IMG/VR virus record: IMGVR_UViG_3300025018_000080
Coordinates: 1 to 33,977 of that record
Direction: 5' to 3' (one strand)
Source: a virus
DNA length: 33,977 nt
Part shown: positions 7,653-14,606 of the stretch, one piece after another
Layout: each line of letters starts with the position of its first letter
Numbering within the stretch: the stretch's first letter is position 1
Position numbers and translations under genes: made by a program
The notes under the pieces: model-generated
The model's database searches: none
Told to the model about the DNA's origin: nothing
The model's input: the letters and a program-made list of their open reading frames with translations, nothing else

Positions 7653-7668
7653 AATAAAAGAAATCATT

Positions 7669-7866
7669 ATGCCGGAGGAAAAGAACGGAAAGCACGCAAT
7701 GAAGTGGTTTGTCACTATCGTCTCCTCTTTATTGCTCGTCTTTTCAACAATCAAAAGAGCGATTGACGGGCAGGGGGCAGATGTCACTCTTTGCACGGTT
7801 TTTGTGACGATCTCCGGTCTTGTGTGGGGTGCAAACATCGCTGATTACTTTAAAAAAATAAAATAA
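7669..7866 (+). CDS. holin-like membrane protein (2 predicted TM segments)
   Basis: The internal ATG 7669 of track ORF 7576..7866 is preferred because the track start is TTG and overlaps the 39-aa ORF. The product is 65 aa with FVTIVSSLLLVF and VFVTISGLVWGA. Confidence 0.5.
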   Translation: MPEEKNGKHAMKWFVTIVSSLLLVFSTIKRAIDGQGADVTLCTVFVTISGLVWGANIADYFKKIK

Positions 7867-7873
7867 CAAAAAT

Positions 7874-9004
7874 ATGGCGGAAAAAGAAAATTTAGCGGAG
7901 GGAAAATTTGGAACGGGTGCATTACCTCAAGTAGAGGACAAGAGAGATATTGCTTTTGCCTCGGTTGCCCCGTTTGATTGGGAGTTGGGATTTGATATTG
8001 AGCTATTGCTCGGATACCGGGCACAATGCTCGTCAGAGGCTCAATTTTGGGGTCAAGGTGGCCGTCAGGCGTGGGGAGTGACCCGATATAGGGAAATTGT
8101 CGCAGAAGTCAAAAAGAATGGCATACCTGCCTTTAAAATCCCAATAAAGAACCAAGGGGCCTCAAGCTCTTGCACAGGACAAGGATTGAGTTACTATTTA
8201 GAGGTTTTGAATTTCATTGAAACAGGCAAATGGGTCAAGATTTCGGCCCGGGATATTTATGCCTACATATCGCTTGGGAAAGGACAAGGGGCTTATTTGC
8301 GTGACGCATTGAAATTGGCGTGCGATCGTGGAATAGGCACGGAGGAATTAGTGCCGTGCTATCACAGGCAGGTCGTTAATGGCCGGGAGTTCGTTGACCC
8401 GTTCACAGAGGACGAATACTTGGTCAAGCCAGAGGAAACAGAACCATTGAAAGCGATCAGGTTAGCATTACAAGGAAAGGAATATCAACTCGCAGTTACC
8501 GAGTGGGGGTTGGAGAGAATGGAAAAAATGGCTTGGCAGATGTTGCTCGGGTTCGGTTCTTATTTTGCGGTTGACGGAGAAAACAACGGGACTTGGTCAA
8601 GTGAATACCCACAACCTCCGGTTAGCAGGAAATGGGGACACGCCCTTTTTGCCGGTGTTGCCAAGTTAGATAAAGACGGAAAACCCTTTGTTGGATTTCC
8701 AAACTCTTGGGGGAACATCGGTGTTAATGGGTGGCAAAAGTTAAAAGCAAATTATTTTGAGGCCAATGGCGTAATTTCGCCTTGGACTTTAATTGATAAA
8801 GATAATAATTGGAACAATATGACAAAATCAAATGTTAAGATAATCAAGGACGAGAATAGCCCGGCAGTCGGGATTTGGTTGCCTGCCACAAGCCCACAGG
8901 CTCTTGAAAGCTATTGTCAGAATTTCGGGCTTGAAGTGCCAAAGAAAGCGGACGGGTCGGTTGATTGGGATAAATGGATACAGGGCACAATGAGACTTAA
9001 ATAA
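7874..9004 (+). CDS. papain-like (C1 family) cysteine peptidase in the endolysin position
   Basis: IKNQGASSSCTGQG supplies Gln94 and Cys100, WGHALFAG supplies His256, and PNSWGNIGVNGW supplies Asn277. These match the papain motifs KNQGxCGSCWAF / HAV / NSWGxxWGxxG. It is the last gene of the late operon, after the holin-like genes. Confidence 0.7.
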   Translation: MAEKENLAEGKFGTGALPQVEDKRDIAFASVAPFDWELGFDIELLLGYRAQCSSEAQFWGQGGRQAWGVTRYREIVAEVKKNGIPAFKIPIKNQGASSSCTGQGLSYYLEVLNFIETGKWVKISARDIYAYISLGKGQGAYLRDALKLACDRGIGTEELVPCYHRQVVNGREFVDPFTEDEYLVKPEETEPLKAIRLALQGKEYQLAVTEWGLERMEKMAWQMLLGFGSYFAVDGENNGTWSSEYPQPPVSRKWGHALFAGVAKLDKDGKPFVGFPNSWGNIGVNGWQKLKANYFEANGVISPWTLIDKDNNWNNMTKSNVKIIKDENSPAVGIWLPATSPQALESYCQNFGLEVPKKADGSVDWDKWIQGTMRLK

Positions 9005-9081
9005 TAAACCCGAAAGGGATTATTATAACGGACACATTAAAGGTTCACTCCGCCTTGATGTGGCCATATCGCCATAACAAG

Positions 9082-9109
9082 AACACTCTTTTTGGGGTGT
9101 TTTTGTTTT
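9082..9109 (+). terminator. weak hairpin plus T-run
   Basis: AACAC (9082-9086) pairs with GTGTT (9097-9101), followed by TTTGTTTT. Confidence 0.35.
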
Positions 9110-9211
9110 GACTGAAACAGATACGATCATAACAGAAAGCAATTACTAAAAGCCTTATTTTACAGGCATTTGAGAAGTTATTAACTTTTTCCTGTTTGTC
9201 GGTCGGTGTGC

Positions 9212-9220
9212 TGTGGATAA
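9212..9220 (+). promoter_or_regulatory. second perfect DnaA-box 9-mer (TGTGGATAA)
   Basis: Exact 9-mer in the same orientation as 7058-7066, in the other large non-coding region. Confidence 0.5.
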
Positions 9221-9247
9221 GTTTATAAAGCGGTTTATGTGATATTT

Positions 9248-9274
9248 AAAAAGCCCTAAAAATAAGGGCTTTTT
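9248..9274. terminator. rho-independent, potentially bidirectional terminator
   Basis: AAAAAGCCCT-aaaaata-AGGGCTTTTT: a perfect GCCCT/AGGGC stem flanked by an A-run and a T-run. Confidence 0.7.
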
Positions 9275-9291
9275 ATGTGTATTATGGGGAC

Positions 9292-9320
9292 TTGTAAAGG
9301 TTTATAAAATGGTATACAAT
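9292..9320 (+). promoter_or_regulatory. sigma70-like early promoter
   Basis: TTGTAA (9292-9297), a 17-nt spacer, then TACAAT (9315-9320). Confidence 0.5.
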
Positions 9321-9350
9321 GCTAATATAAGAATTAAAAAACCAAACATT

Positions 9351-9641
9351 ATGAAAATCACAAGAGCAACTTTAAAAAGTTTTATCAAAAAAAATCAAGA
9401 TAATTTGTTCGTAAAAGTAAAATCAAGTTTTGACGGAATGACTGACTGTGTGCAAGAGGTTGAGGATAATTTCAGAAAGGTGGCAAGTGTCGATTTCACT
9501 AATGAGCATAACCTCGGAATAAATGGTCTTTGGTTGGTCGGTCAAAGCAGAGATTACTTAAAGGAATGGGAAAACGATGATTACAGAGGCATTGAGATTT
9601 ATAATTGTTGCGGGACATCAATAATCGCAGTTAAGAAATAA
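9351..9641 (+). CDS. hypothetical early protein
   Basis: Start ATG 9351 is preferred because the track start 9309 lies inside the predicted promoter spacer. 96 aa. Confidence 0.5.
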   Translation: MKITRATLKSFIKKNQDNLFVKVKSSFDGMTDCVQEVEDNFRKVASVDFTNEHNLGINGLWLVGQSRDYLKEWENDDYRGIEIYNCCGTSIIAVKK

Positions 9642-9643
9642 TT

Positions 9644-9841
9644 ATGAGCAATGAACAAATCAAACAGGGGGCCTACGAGATAAAGAGAAAACTGCACACA
9701 GGCCTCCTCTCCTATGAGGAGGCGATAAAGAGCCAAGAGTTGCTGGCTTATGAAAGATTTTATAACAAGGTTGGAAAAGAGATTGCAAAAAAACACGGGA
9801 GAACATTTTACCCGTTTAATAAAATAAAATTTTTAAGATAA
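9644..9841 (+). CDS. hypothetical early protein
   Basis: 65-aa ORF, tightly packed with its neighbours. Confidence 0.45.
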   Translation: MSNEQIKQGAYEIKRKLHTGLLSYEEAIKSQELLAYERFYNKVGKEIAKKHGRTFYPFNKIKFLR

Positions 9842-9845
9842 CAAT

Positions 9846-10124
9846 ATGAGTGAATTTAATCACGATCAGGAATTAGAAAGACGATACCACCCGGAAAACT
9901 TTGACGGGTCAATCGCAGAGGCCGAGAGGGAGGCCGAGGGAAAAGAAAGGCAGGAGGATTTAAAAAAGCAGTTGTTTAAAGATTTATACGGGACAATGAT
10001 TGATGAGAAGTATTGCGAACTGCCGGACGAGGAAGTCGCAAAAATCGCACTTGGGGTTCTAACTTTATTTAAAAATAAATATCTTGGTTATGCAAAAGGC
10101 ATTGACTTGGAACAGTTACAATAA
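9846..10124 (+). CDS. hypothetical acidic early protein
   Basis: 92-aa ORF rich in Glu and Asp. Confidence 0.45.
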   Translation: MSEFNHDQELERRYHPENFDGSIAEAEREAEGKERQEDLKKQLFKDLYGTMIDEKYCELPDEEVAKIALGVLTLFKNKYLGYAKGIDLEQLQ

Positions 10125-10128
10125 AAGT

Positions 10129-10740
10129 ATGTTAAACAAAAAACAAAAACAAAAAAGAGAGAAGTTTAAAAGACAGATTTACATTTTAATAATAGCGGTC
10201 TGCGTGGCAAGTTTAGTTGTGAATTGCTTTGCAATTCGCTTGGGTCAAGACATCAGCAAAATTACACCCGTTGAAATTACTATCAATCGTCAAGAACCTA
10301 AACCGGAAACATTAAAGCAGGAGATTGAAAAGGTTGAGGAGGAGGAGTTGGCCGGTATGGAGTTGGCTATCAGAAATGCAAGCAAAGAGTTTAATGTCCC
10401 GGAGTGGCTGATTATCGGGATTGCTAATGCCGAGAGTGGATTGGGAAAATACTTTGCTGTTGATTACGATCGGGATAATTGCCATAACTGGTGGGGACTA
10501 AAGGGCGGTAATATGACCAAGAGAGCGGACGGAAGTTATTTGAGATGTTTTGTGAGTGATGAGGCAGGTGCAAGAACTGTTGCAAAGTCTTTAAGAAATT
10601 ACTATTTAGATGAGGGCCGAGATACCCCCGAAAAGATTTGCCAAAAGTGGATTGGCGGGAAGTTCGCGAATAAGGTTGAAAGCAACGGGAAAACCCATTG
10701 CGAAAATTGGGTCAACAATGTTAATAAATATAAAAAATAA
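10129..10740 (+). CDS. membrane-anchored peptidoglycan hydrolase-like protein (lytic transglycosylase / glucosaminidase-like)
   Basis: ATG 10129 is preferred over the track start. It has an N-terminal basic stretch plus TM segment (IYILIIAVCVASLVVNCFAI), and WLIIGIANAESGLGKYF resembles the catalytic Glu-Ser motif of SLT/glucosaminidase domains. Confidence 0.5.
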   Translation: MLNKKQKQKREKFKRQIYILIIAVCVASLVVNCFAIRLGQDISKITPVEITINRQEPKPETLKQEIEKVEEEELAGMELAIRNASKEFNVPEWLIIGIANAESGLGKYFAVDYDRDNCHNWWGLKGGNMTKRADGSYLRCFVSDEAGARTVAKSLRNYYLDEGRDTPEKICQKWIGGKFANKVESNGKTHCENWVNNVNKYKK

Positions 10741-10744
10741 TTTT

Positions 10745-10963
10745 ATGAAGTTAAAGGAAAAATTGGCCTACATAGAAAAAAATCATTTTGGGGAATGGTT
10801 TAAAATGAGGCAGGTGGTTGAGGCAGAGATGTCCGACAAGCAATCAATAATGTGCGTTTGCGGAAAATTGGCGACAGGACTTCACGAGGGATATTGCCAA
10901 AGATTTAAGGCAAAGGTAAATTCGGAAACTTTAAAAAGACTAAGTCACTTATTTAAAAAATAA
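10745..10963 (+). CDS. hypothetical small protein with a Cys/His cluster
   Basis: ATG 10745 (MKLKEKLAYIEK...). The upstream part of track ORF 10610..10963 overlaps the previous gene in another frame. Contains CVCG...H..YC. Confidence 0.45.
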   Translation: MKLKEKLAYIEKNHFGEWFKMRQVVEAEMSDKQSIMCVCGKLATGLHEGYCQRFKAKVNSETLKRLSHLFKK

Positions 10964-10967
10964 TTTT

Positions 10968-11507
10968 ATGGCTAAAGTAAAAATACCAACCAATGACGAG
11001 ATTTTAGCGGTCCTCGTCAAAGAGTTCGGAGTTGAGAACATTGATGTCAAAGACTGCTTTGAGATTGAGAGAATGATTGAGAAGTTGTCGGACGAAATGC
11101 TTATCAGCTATGACTATGATGTGATACAGAACACGGGGTCAAGTTGGCAACAGATTGCGGTTTATTCAAGCGACCTCGGGACGCTAATAACAGACGAGAG
11201 AGTAAAGCGTGATAAATTGGCTAACACTTGCCACGGGAAGTCAATCATTTTAGACGGGGACGCAGTCGGAGAGTTTGATGACATTGACTCTTTTATCGGG
11301 CAAGTTATCAGTTGGGAGATTGAGGCGAGAGAGTTGCTTGATGTTTTAAAGGTTGCGGTTAGCAACTCAACAAGCCTCGGGGTTATTTTAAAGAATGACG
11401 AAGTTTTAAGAGATGAAATAAAAAGGCGGGCGGTTGATTGTGTGGTCGGAGAAGTAACGGAAAAGCTACTTGCAAAAAAGATTGCTAATAAAATTTATAA
11501 GATTTAA
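10968..11507 (+). CDS. hypothetical acidic protein
   Basis: 179-aa ORF. Confidence 0.45.
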   Translation: MAKVKIPTNDEILAVLVKEFGVENIDVKDCFEIERMIEKLSDEMLISYDYDVIQNTGSSWQQIAVYSSDLGTLITDERVKRDKLANTCHGKSIILDGDAVGEFDDIDSFIGQVISWEIEARELLDVLKVAVSNSTSLGVILKNDEVLRDEIKRRAVDCVVGEVTEKLLAKKIANKIYKI

Positions 11508-11511
11508 TTAT

Positions 11512-11874
11512 ATGGAATTTACAAAAAGACAAGACTTAGAAAATTTGCCGGACAACATCTTGATGAGGGAGGCCGATTTGATTATTCAGTTTATCAACCA
11601 AGCCCGGGAACAATTAAAGGTTATCAAAGAAGTCGCAGACAAGAGAACCGCAGAAACTGGTCGGGAACTCTATGAGGGGGATTTGATTATGGCCTCCGAT
11701 CGTGAATTGTTGAAAGAGGCTATTGAGTTGTTGGTCGCTCTTGATGAGGTCACGGAAAATAAGTTGCCGGAGTGGCACAGTCAAGCAGATTTGATTTTGG
11801 AGGTTGGTGATTTCTACAACAAGGTTGAAAATGATACGGAGTTGAGGGAATGTTTAAGCCCGAAAGAGTTATGA
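11512..11874 (+). CDS. hypothetical protein
   Basis: ATG 11512 (MEFTKRQDLENL...) is preferred over the overlapping track start. 120 aa. Confidence 0.45.
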   Translation: MEFTKRQDLENLPDNILMREADLIIQFINQAREQLKVIKEVADKRTAETGRELYEGDLIMASDRELLKEAIELLVALDEVTENKLPEWHSQADLILEVGDFYNKVENDTELRECLSPKEL

Positions 11875-12038
11875 TTTTTTACTGTAAGCATAAAAAGGGC
11901 GTAATTGTCCGTGGCAAGGTTATCAACTATTGCCTAAAAAGGAATTGTTGGGCATTGATGATGTTTAGCGGAAAGACAAAATTGGCTCAATTTATGAGGA
12001 AAGACAGGGCTTGTAAGAGTTTAAAAAAAGGTTTATAA
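11871..12038 (+). CDS. hypothetical small basic protein
   Basis: ATG 11871 overlaps the upstream stop (ATGA). 55 aa. Confidence 0.35.
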   Translation: MIFYCKHKKGVIVRGKVINYCLKRNCWALMMFSGKTKLAQFMRKDRACKSLKKGL

Positions 12039-12075
12039 TATCAATACGACAATTAAGAAATAATCAAAAAAATTT

Positions 12076-12330
12076 ATGGCTAAAAAAGCATATCTACCAT
12101 TGACGGAAAGAGAGGAGGAAGTATTTGCATATATTCTCGGTTACATCGTGGACAATGGCTATTCACCTACCCGTCAGGAAATAGCAGACCATTTTAAGTT
12201 TACCCCTCCGGGTGCTCAAAAGTTTATTCAATCATTGGAGGACAAGGGCAGAATTATCACGATCAAGAATGACGGGAAAAGAATTAACCGAAATATCGTG
12301 ATAGTTGAAAAGCGGACTTTAAGAGGTTAA
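12076..12330 (+). CDS. LexA N-terminal-like winged-helix DNA-binding protein (no peptidase domain)
   Basis: LTEREEEVFAYILGYIVDNGYSPTRQEIADHFKFTPPGAQKFIQSLEDKGRI aligns by eye with E. coli LexA [53 protein letters not shown]. The protein is only 84 aa. Confidence 0.7.
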   Translation: MAKKAYLPLTEREEEVFAYILGYIVDNGYSPTRQEIADHFKFTPPGAQKFIQSLEDKGRIITIKNDGKRINRNIVIVEKRTLRG

Positions 12331-12340
12331 TAAAAAAGTG

Positions 12341-12346
12341 TATAAT
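12341..12346 (+). promoter_or_regulatory. candidate -10 hexamer TATAAT (AAAAAGTGTATAATTAAAAC)
   Basis: Perfect TATAAT in the 44-nt gap upstream of ATG 12375, in a context resembling the promoter family. Confidence 0.35.
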
Positions 12347-12374
12347 TAAAACATTATAAATTTACCTTAATTTT

Positions 12375-13250
12375 ATGGCGAAAAAAAAGGAAGTTGCAAA
12401 GAAAGCAATTAAAAAAACTACCAAGACCAAAAAGGAGGAAAAGGTCTTGAAACCAAAACAAGAGGCTTTGAGTGGTGACATCGTGGTTCACAACCCCACC
12501 AATCCGACACAGGAGTTTGTCGTTGCCTCGGAGTTTGCCGATGATGAGGCCATTGAGGCCGAGTTAATGGGCAGAGCAATGGAACACTATGTCTATTCGT
12601 TCAAACAGGACGGAAAGCAAGTGACAGGAATGACCGTTGCCGGTGTAAATGAAATGAGCCGACAACTAACCAAGAAAAAAGACAGTGGAATTAAAATTCG
12701 CATTGTCCCTGATAGCATTAAGATTGAGAGAGATGTTGAGGAGGGCGGTGTCAAAGGCGTGTCAGTCATTTTATTGGCCGAGAATATGTTATCGGGGGAA
12801 ACTGCGATCGGGGCAAAGTTTGAGCCCTATAAAAAGACAGGTCGCAATGGTGAGTATGATAACACTTTCGCATTGGAAAAGGCGGTCAGCAAGGCCGAGA
12901 GAAATGCCAAGCGTAAGTTAATCCCGGAGAAAATGGCGATTGAGATGATTAAAAAGTTCGTCAAGCAAGGCAATGTCCAAGCATTGCCACCCGCTAATCA
13001 GCAACCGGCACAGGTTCAAGCCCCACAGAATAACAATGTTGATTATCTGTCAAAGTTAATCACTATGCTTGCAAGAGAGGCTGGTGTTAAAATAAGCGAC
13101 AAGACGACTGAAAGGGAGTGGCGTGATATTTTAAACTTGTTTAACGAATATACAGGGCTAAACATTAAGTCTTTAAAGGTCAATCAGCAAACTGCTCAAA
13201 AGTATTTAATGGATTTCGTAAATTGCCCGATAATGGTTAACAAAAAATAA
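12375..13250 (+). CDS. putative ssDNA-annealing / recombination protein
   Basis: 291 aa. The call rests mainly on position upstream of the PD-(D/E)XK exonuclease and SSB. The N-terminus is Lys-rich and no diagnostic motif was recognised. Confidence 0.3.
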   Translation: MAKKKEVAKKAIKKTTKTKKEEKVLKPKQEALSGDIVVHNPTNPTQEFVVASEFADDEAIEAELMGRAMEHYVYSFKQDGKQVTGMTVAGVNEMSRQLTKKKDSGIKIRIVPDSIKIERDVEEGGVKGVSVILLAENMLSGETAIGAKFEPYKKTGRNGEYDNTFALEKAVSKAERNAKRKLIPEKMAIEMIKKFVKQGNVQALPPANQQPAQVQAPQNNNVDYLSKLITMLAREAGVKISDKTTEREWRDILNLFNEYTGLNIKSLKVNQQTAQKYLMDFVNCPIMVNKK

Positions 13251-13251
13251 T

Positions 13252-13386
13252 ATGTTAATCAATAAAGCAGACCAAATCTTGATGAACGAGGCCCGAAAGA
13301 TACGATCTAAAATTGACCACAAGAAAAAAGAGATTGTTAAATTAGAGGCCGAGTTGAGAGAGATTGAGAAAAGAATTAAAAAATAA
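13252..13386 (+). CDS. small coiled-coil peptide (44 aa), absent from the ORF track
   Basis: ATG 13252 to TAA 13384-13386 fills an otherwise empty 150-nt gap. Confidence 0.35.
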   Translation: MLINKADQILMNEARKIRSKIDHKKKEIVKLEAELREIEKRIKK

Positions 13387-13400
13387 TAATAAAAAGTTTT

Positions 13401-14186
13401 ATGGCGAAACTTAATGCAGTCCCAACAAGGACTTTTGAAAAATACAACGGAGAGGTCGTGATTGATTTTTATGAGAAATACGGACGATACAATCACATCT
13501 ACATTAGGCGTGACAATGGTGAGTGGTTAAAATCTGTCACAAAGGCCACGGGGATTTTGGACAAACCGGCTTTAATCCCTTGGGCCTGTAAGGTAATGGC
13601 AGAGAAGTTGGTTGAAATTGCTACACAAAAGGGAAAGCTGGTGATTACCGACATTGAGGCCTCAAAATCCGCTTGGAGAGAAAAGCGTGACAAGTCTGCG
13701 GAGAAAGGCACAATTATTCACGATCTTGTCAGTCAATACATCAATTTTAAATTGGGAGTAAACAAGAAAGCACCTGCAATGCCTAAAGATGAACAGGTGG
13801 AAAATGCTTATTTGGCATTTAGAGATTGGGAGGCAGAACACAATGTCAAATTTATTGCTACCGAGGTTTTGGTCTATTCTAAAAAATACAATTTTGTCGG
13901 GACATTGGATTGTATTGCCGAAGTCAATGGAGAATACTGCTTGATTGATTTCAAGAGTGGCAATGGTATTTATTGGGATTATATTTTACAGGTTAGCGGT
14001 TATGGCATAGCCCACGAGGAGGAAACCGAGAAACCTTTTGATAGATGTTGGATTGTCCGGTTTGGACAAAATGACGCTAATTTTCAGGTCAAGGATTTCA
14101 CAATCAGCCAAAAACTTAATAAAGCATTTTTGTCTTGTCACTACCTTTCGTCTATACAGTCGGAGGTTGAGGCAATCGTGAAATAA
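13401..14186 (+). CDS. PD-(D/E)XK (RecB/Cas4-like) exonuclease
   Basis: The motifs GTIIHD, VGTLDCIAEV, CLIDFKSG and LQVSGY match the D...(D/E)xK...QxxxY architecture. Confidence 0.65.
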   Translation: MAKLNAVPTRTFEKYNGEVVIDFYEKYGRYNHIYIRRDNGEWLKSVTKATGILDKPALIPWACKVMAEKLVEIATQKGKLVITDIEASKSAWREKRDKSAEKGTIIHDLVSQYINFKLGVNKKAPAMPKDEQVENAYLAFRDWEAEHNVKFIATEVLVYSKKYNFVGTLDCIAEVNGEYCLIDFKSGNGIYWDYILQVSGYGIAHEEETEKPFDRCWIVRFGQNDANFQVKDFTISQKLNKAFLSCHYLSSIQSEVEAIVK

Positions 14187-14187
14187 T

Positions 14188-14595
14188 ATGAACAATAATC
14201 CATTGACTGATTTAGAGCAAAAAGCATTGGATATTATCCGGGAAAGACACGCAGGGAAAGAGGTGACCGGTGGGCAGTTGTCGTTAATCCTCGGAGTTAA
14301 AGACAAGGACGGAAAAGCCGGTGCGAATATGCGATCAGTGATAAACACATTAAGGGACAAGGGAAAAGTCGTTTGTGCGAACAGCAGGGGGTATTATTAT
14401 CCACGAACAGTTGAGGAGTTGGCTGAATATGTTGACCAGTTCCAAAATCGGATTAACGAACAACAAAGGGCTTGTGACATTATGAAAGAGAGGGTCAAGC
14501 AGTGGTTTGATATTAACTTGGCAAAGATTGAGCAGGAAAAACAAAAAAAACCCGAACAAAACCAATTATTCAAAACTAATAATTTAAGATATTAA
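14188..14595 (+). CDS. putative winged-helix DNA-binding protein
   Basis: 135 aa. LTDLEQKALDIIRE...GGQLSLILG...VINTLRDKGKV has a wHTH-like pattern. Confidence 0.35.
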   Translation: MNNNPLTDLEQKALDIIRERHAGKEVTGGQLSLILGVKDKDGKAGANMRSVINTLRDKGKVVCANSRGYYYPRTVEELAEYVDQFQNRINEQQRACDIMKERVKQWFDINLAKIEQEKQKKPEQNQLFKTNNLRY

Positions 14596-14606
14596 ATTTA
14601 AAATCT

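Noticed and set aside
9034-9062. tRNA-like T-arm (GGTTCACTCC) and hairpin in the 9005-9308 hub
   Set aside because: The loop is 9 nt rather than 7. I could not draw an acceptor, D or anticodon stem around it, so no tRNA cloverleaf is supported.
9023-9130. 35-aa minus-strand ORF (MIVSVSVKTKTPQKECSCYGDMATSRRSEPLMCPL) as a possible divergent repressor-like gene
   Set aside because: It is too short, has no HTH, only a weak promoter match, and overlaps the + strand terminator hairpin. It would be the only minus-strand gene, so it is kept only as a remote possibility.
10610-10744. N-terminal extensions offered by the ORF track (10610, 10084, 11470, 11850, 7576, 9309, 15669, 17341, 20350, 24279 and 32160 starts)
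   Set aside because: These extensions use TTG or GTG, or overlap the preceding gene or a predicted promoter. In each case an internal ATG sits 1-6 nt after the upstream stop with the genome-typical A/T-rich context, so the shorter model was preferred.
10729-10970. Identical 16-nt strings AAAAAATAATTTTATG at the 10740/10745 and 10963/10968 gene junctions
   Set aside because: These are low-complexity stop-spacer-start junctions (Lys-Lys-stop + TTTT + ATG). They are expected to recur by chance in an AT-rich, tightly packed genome.
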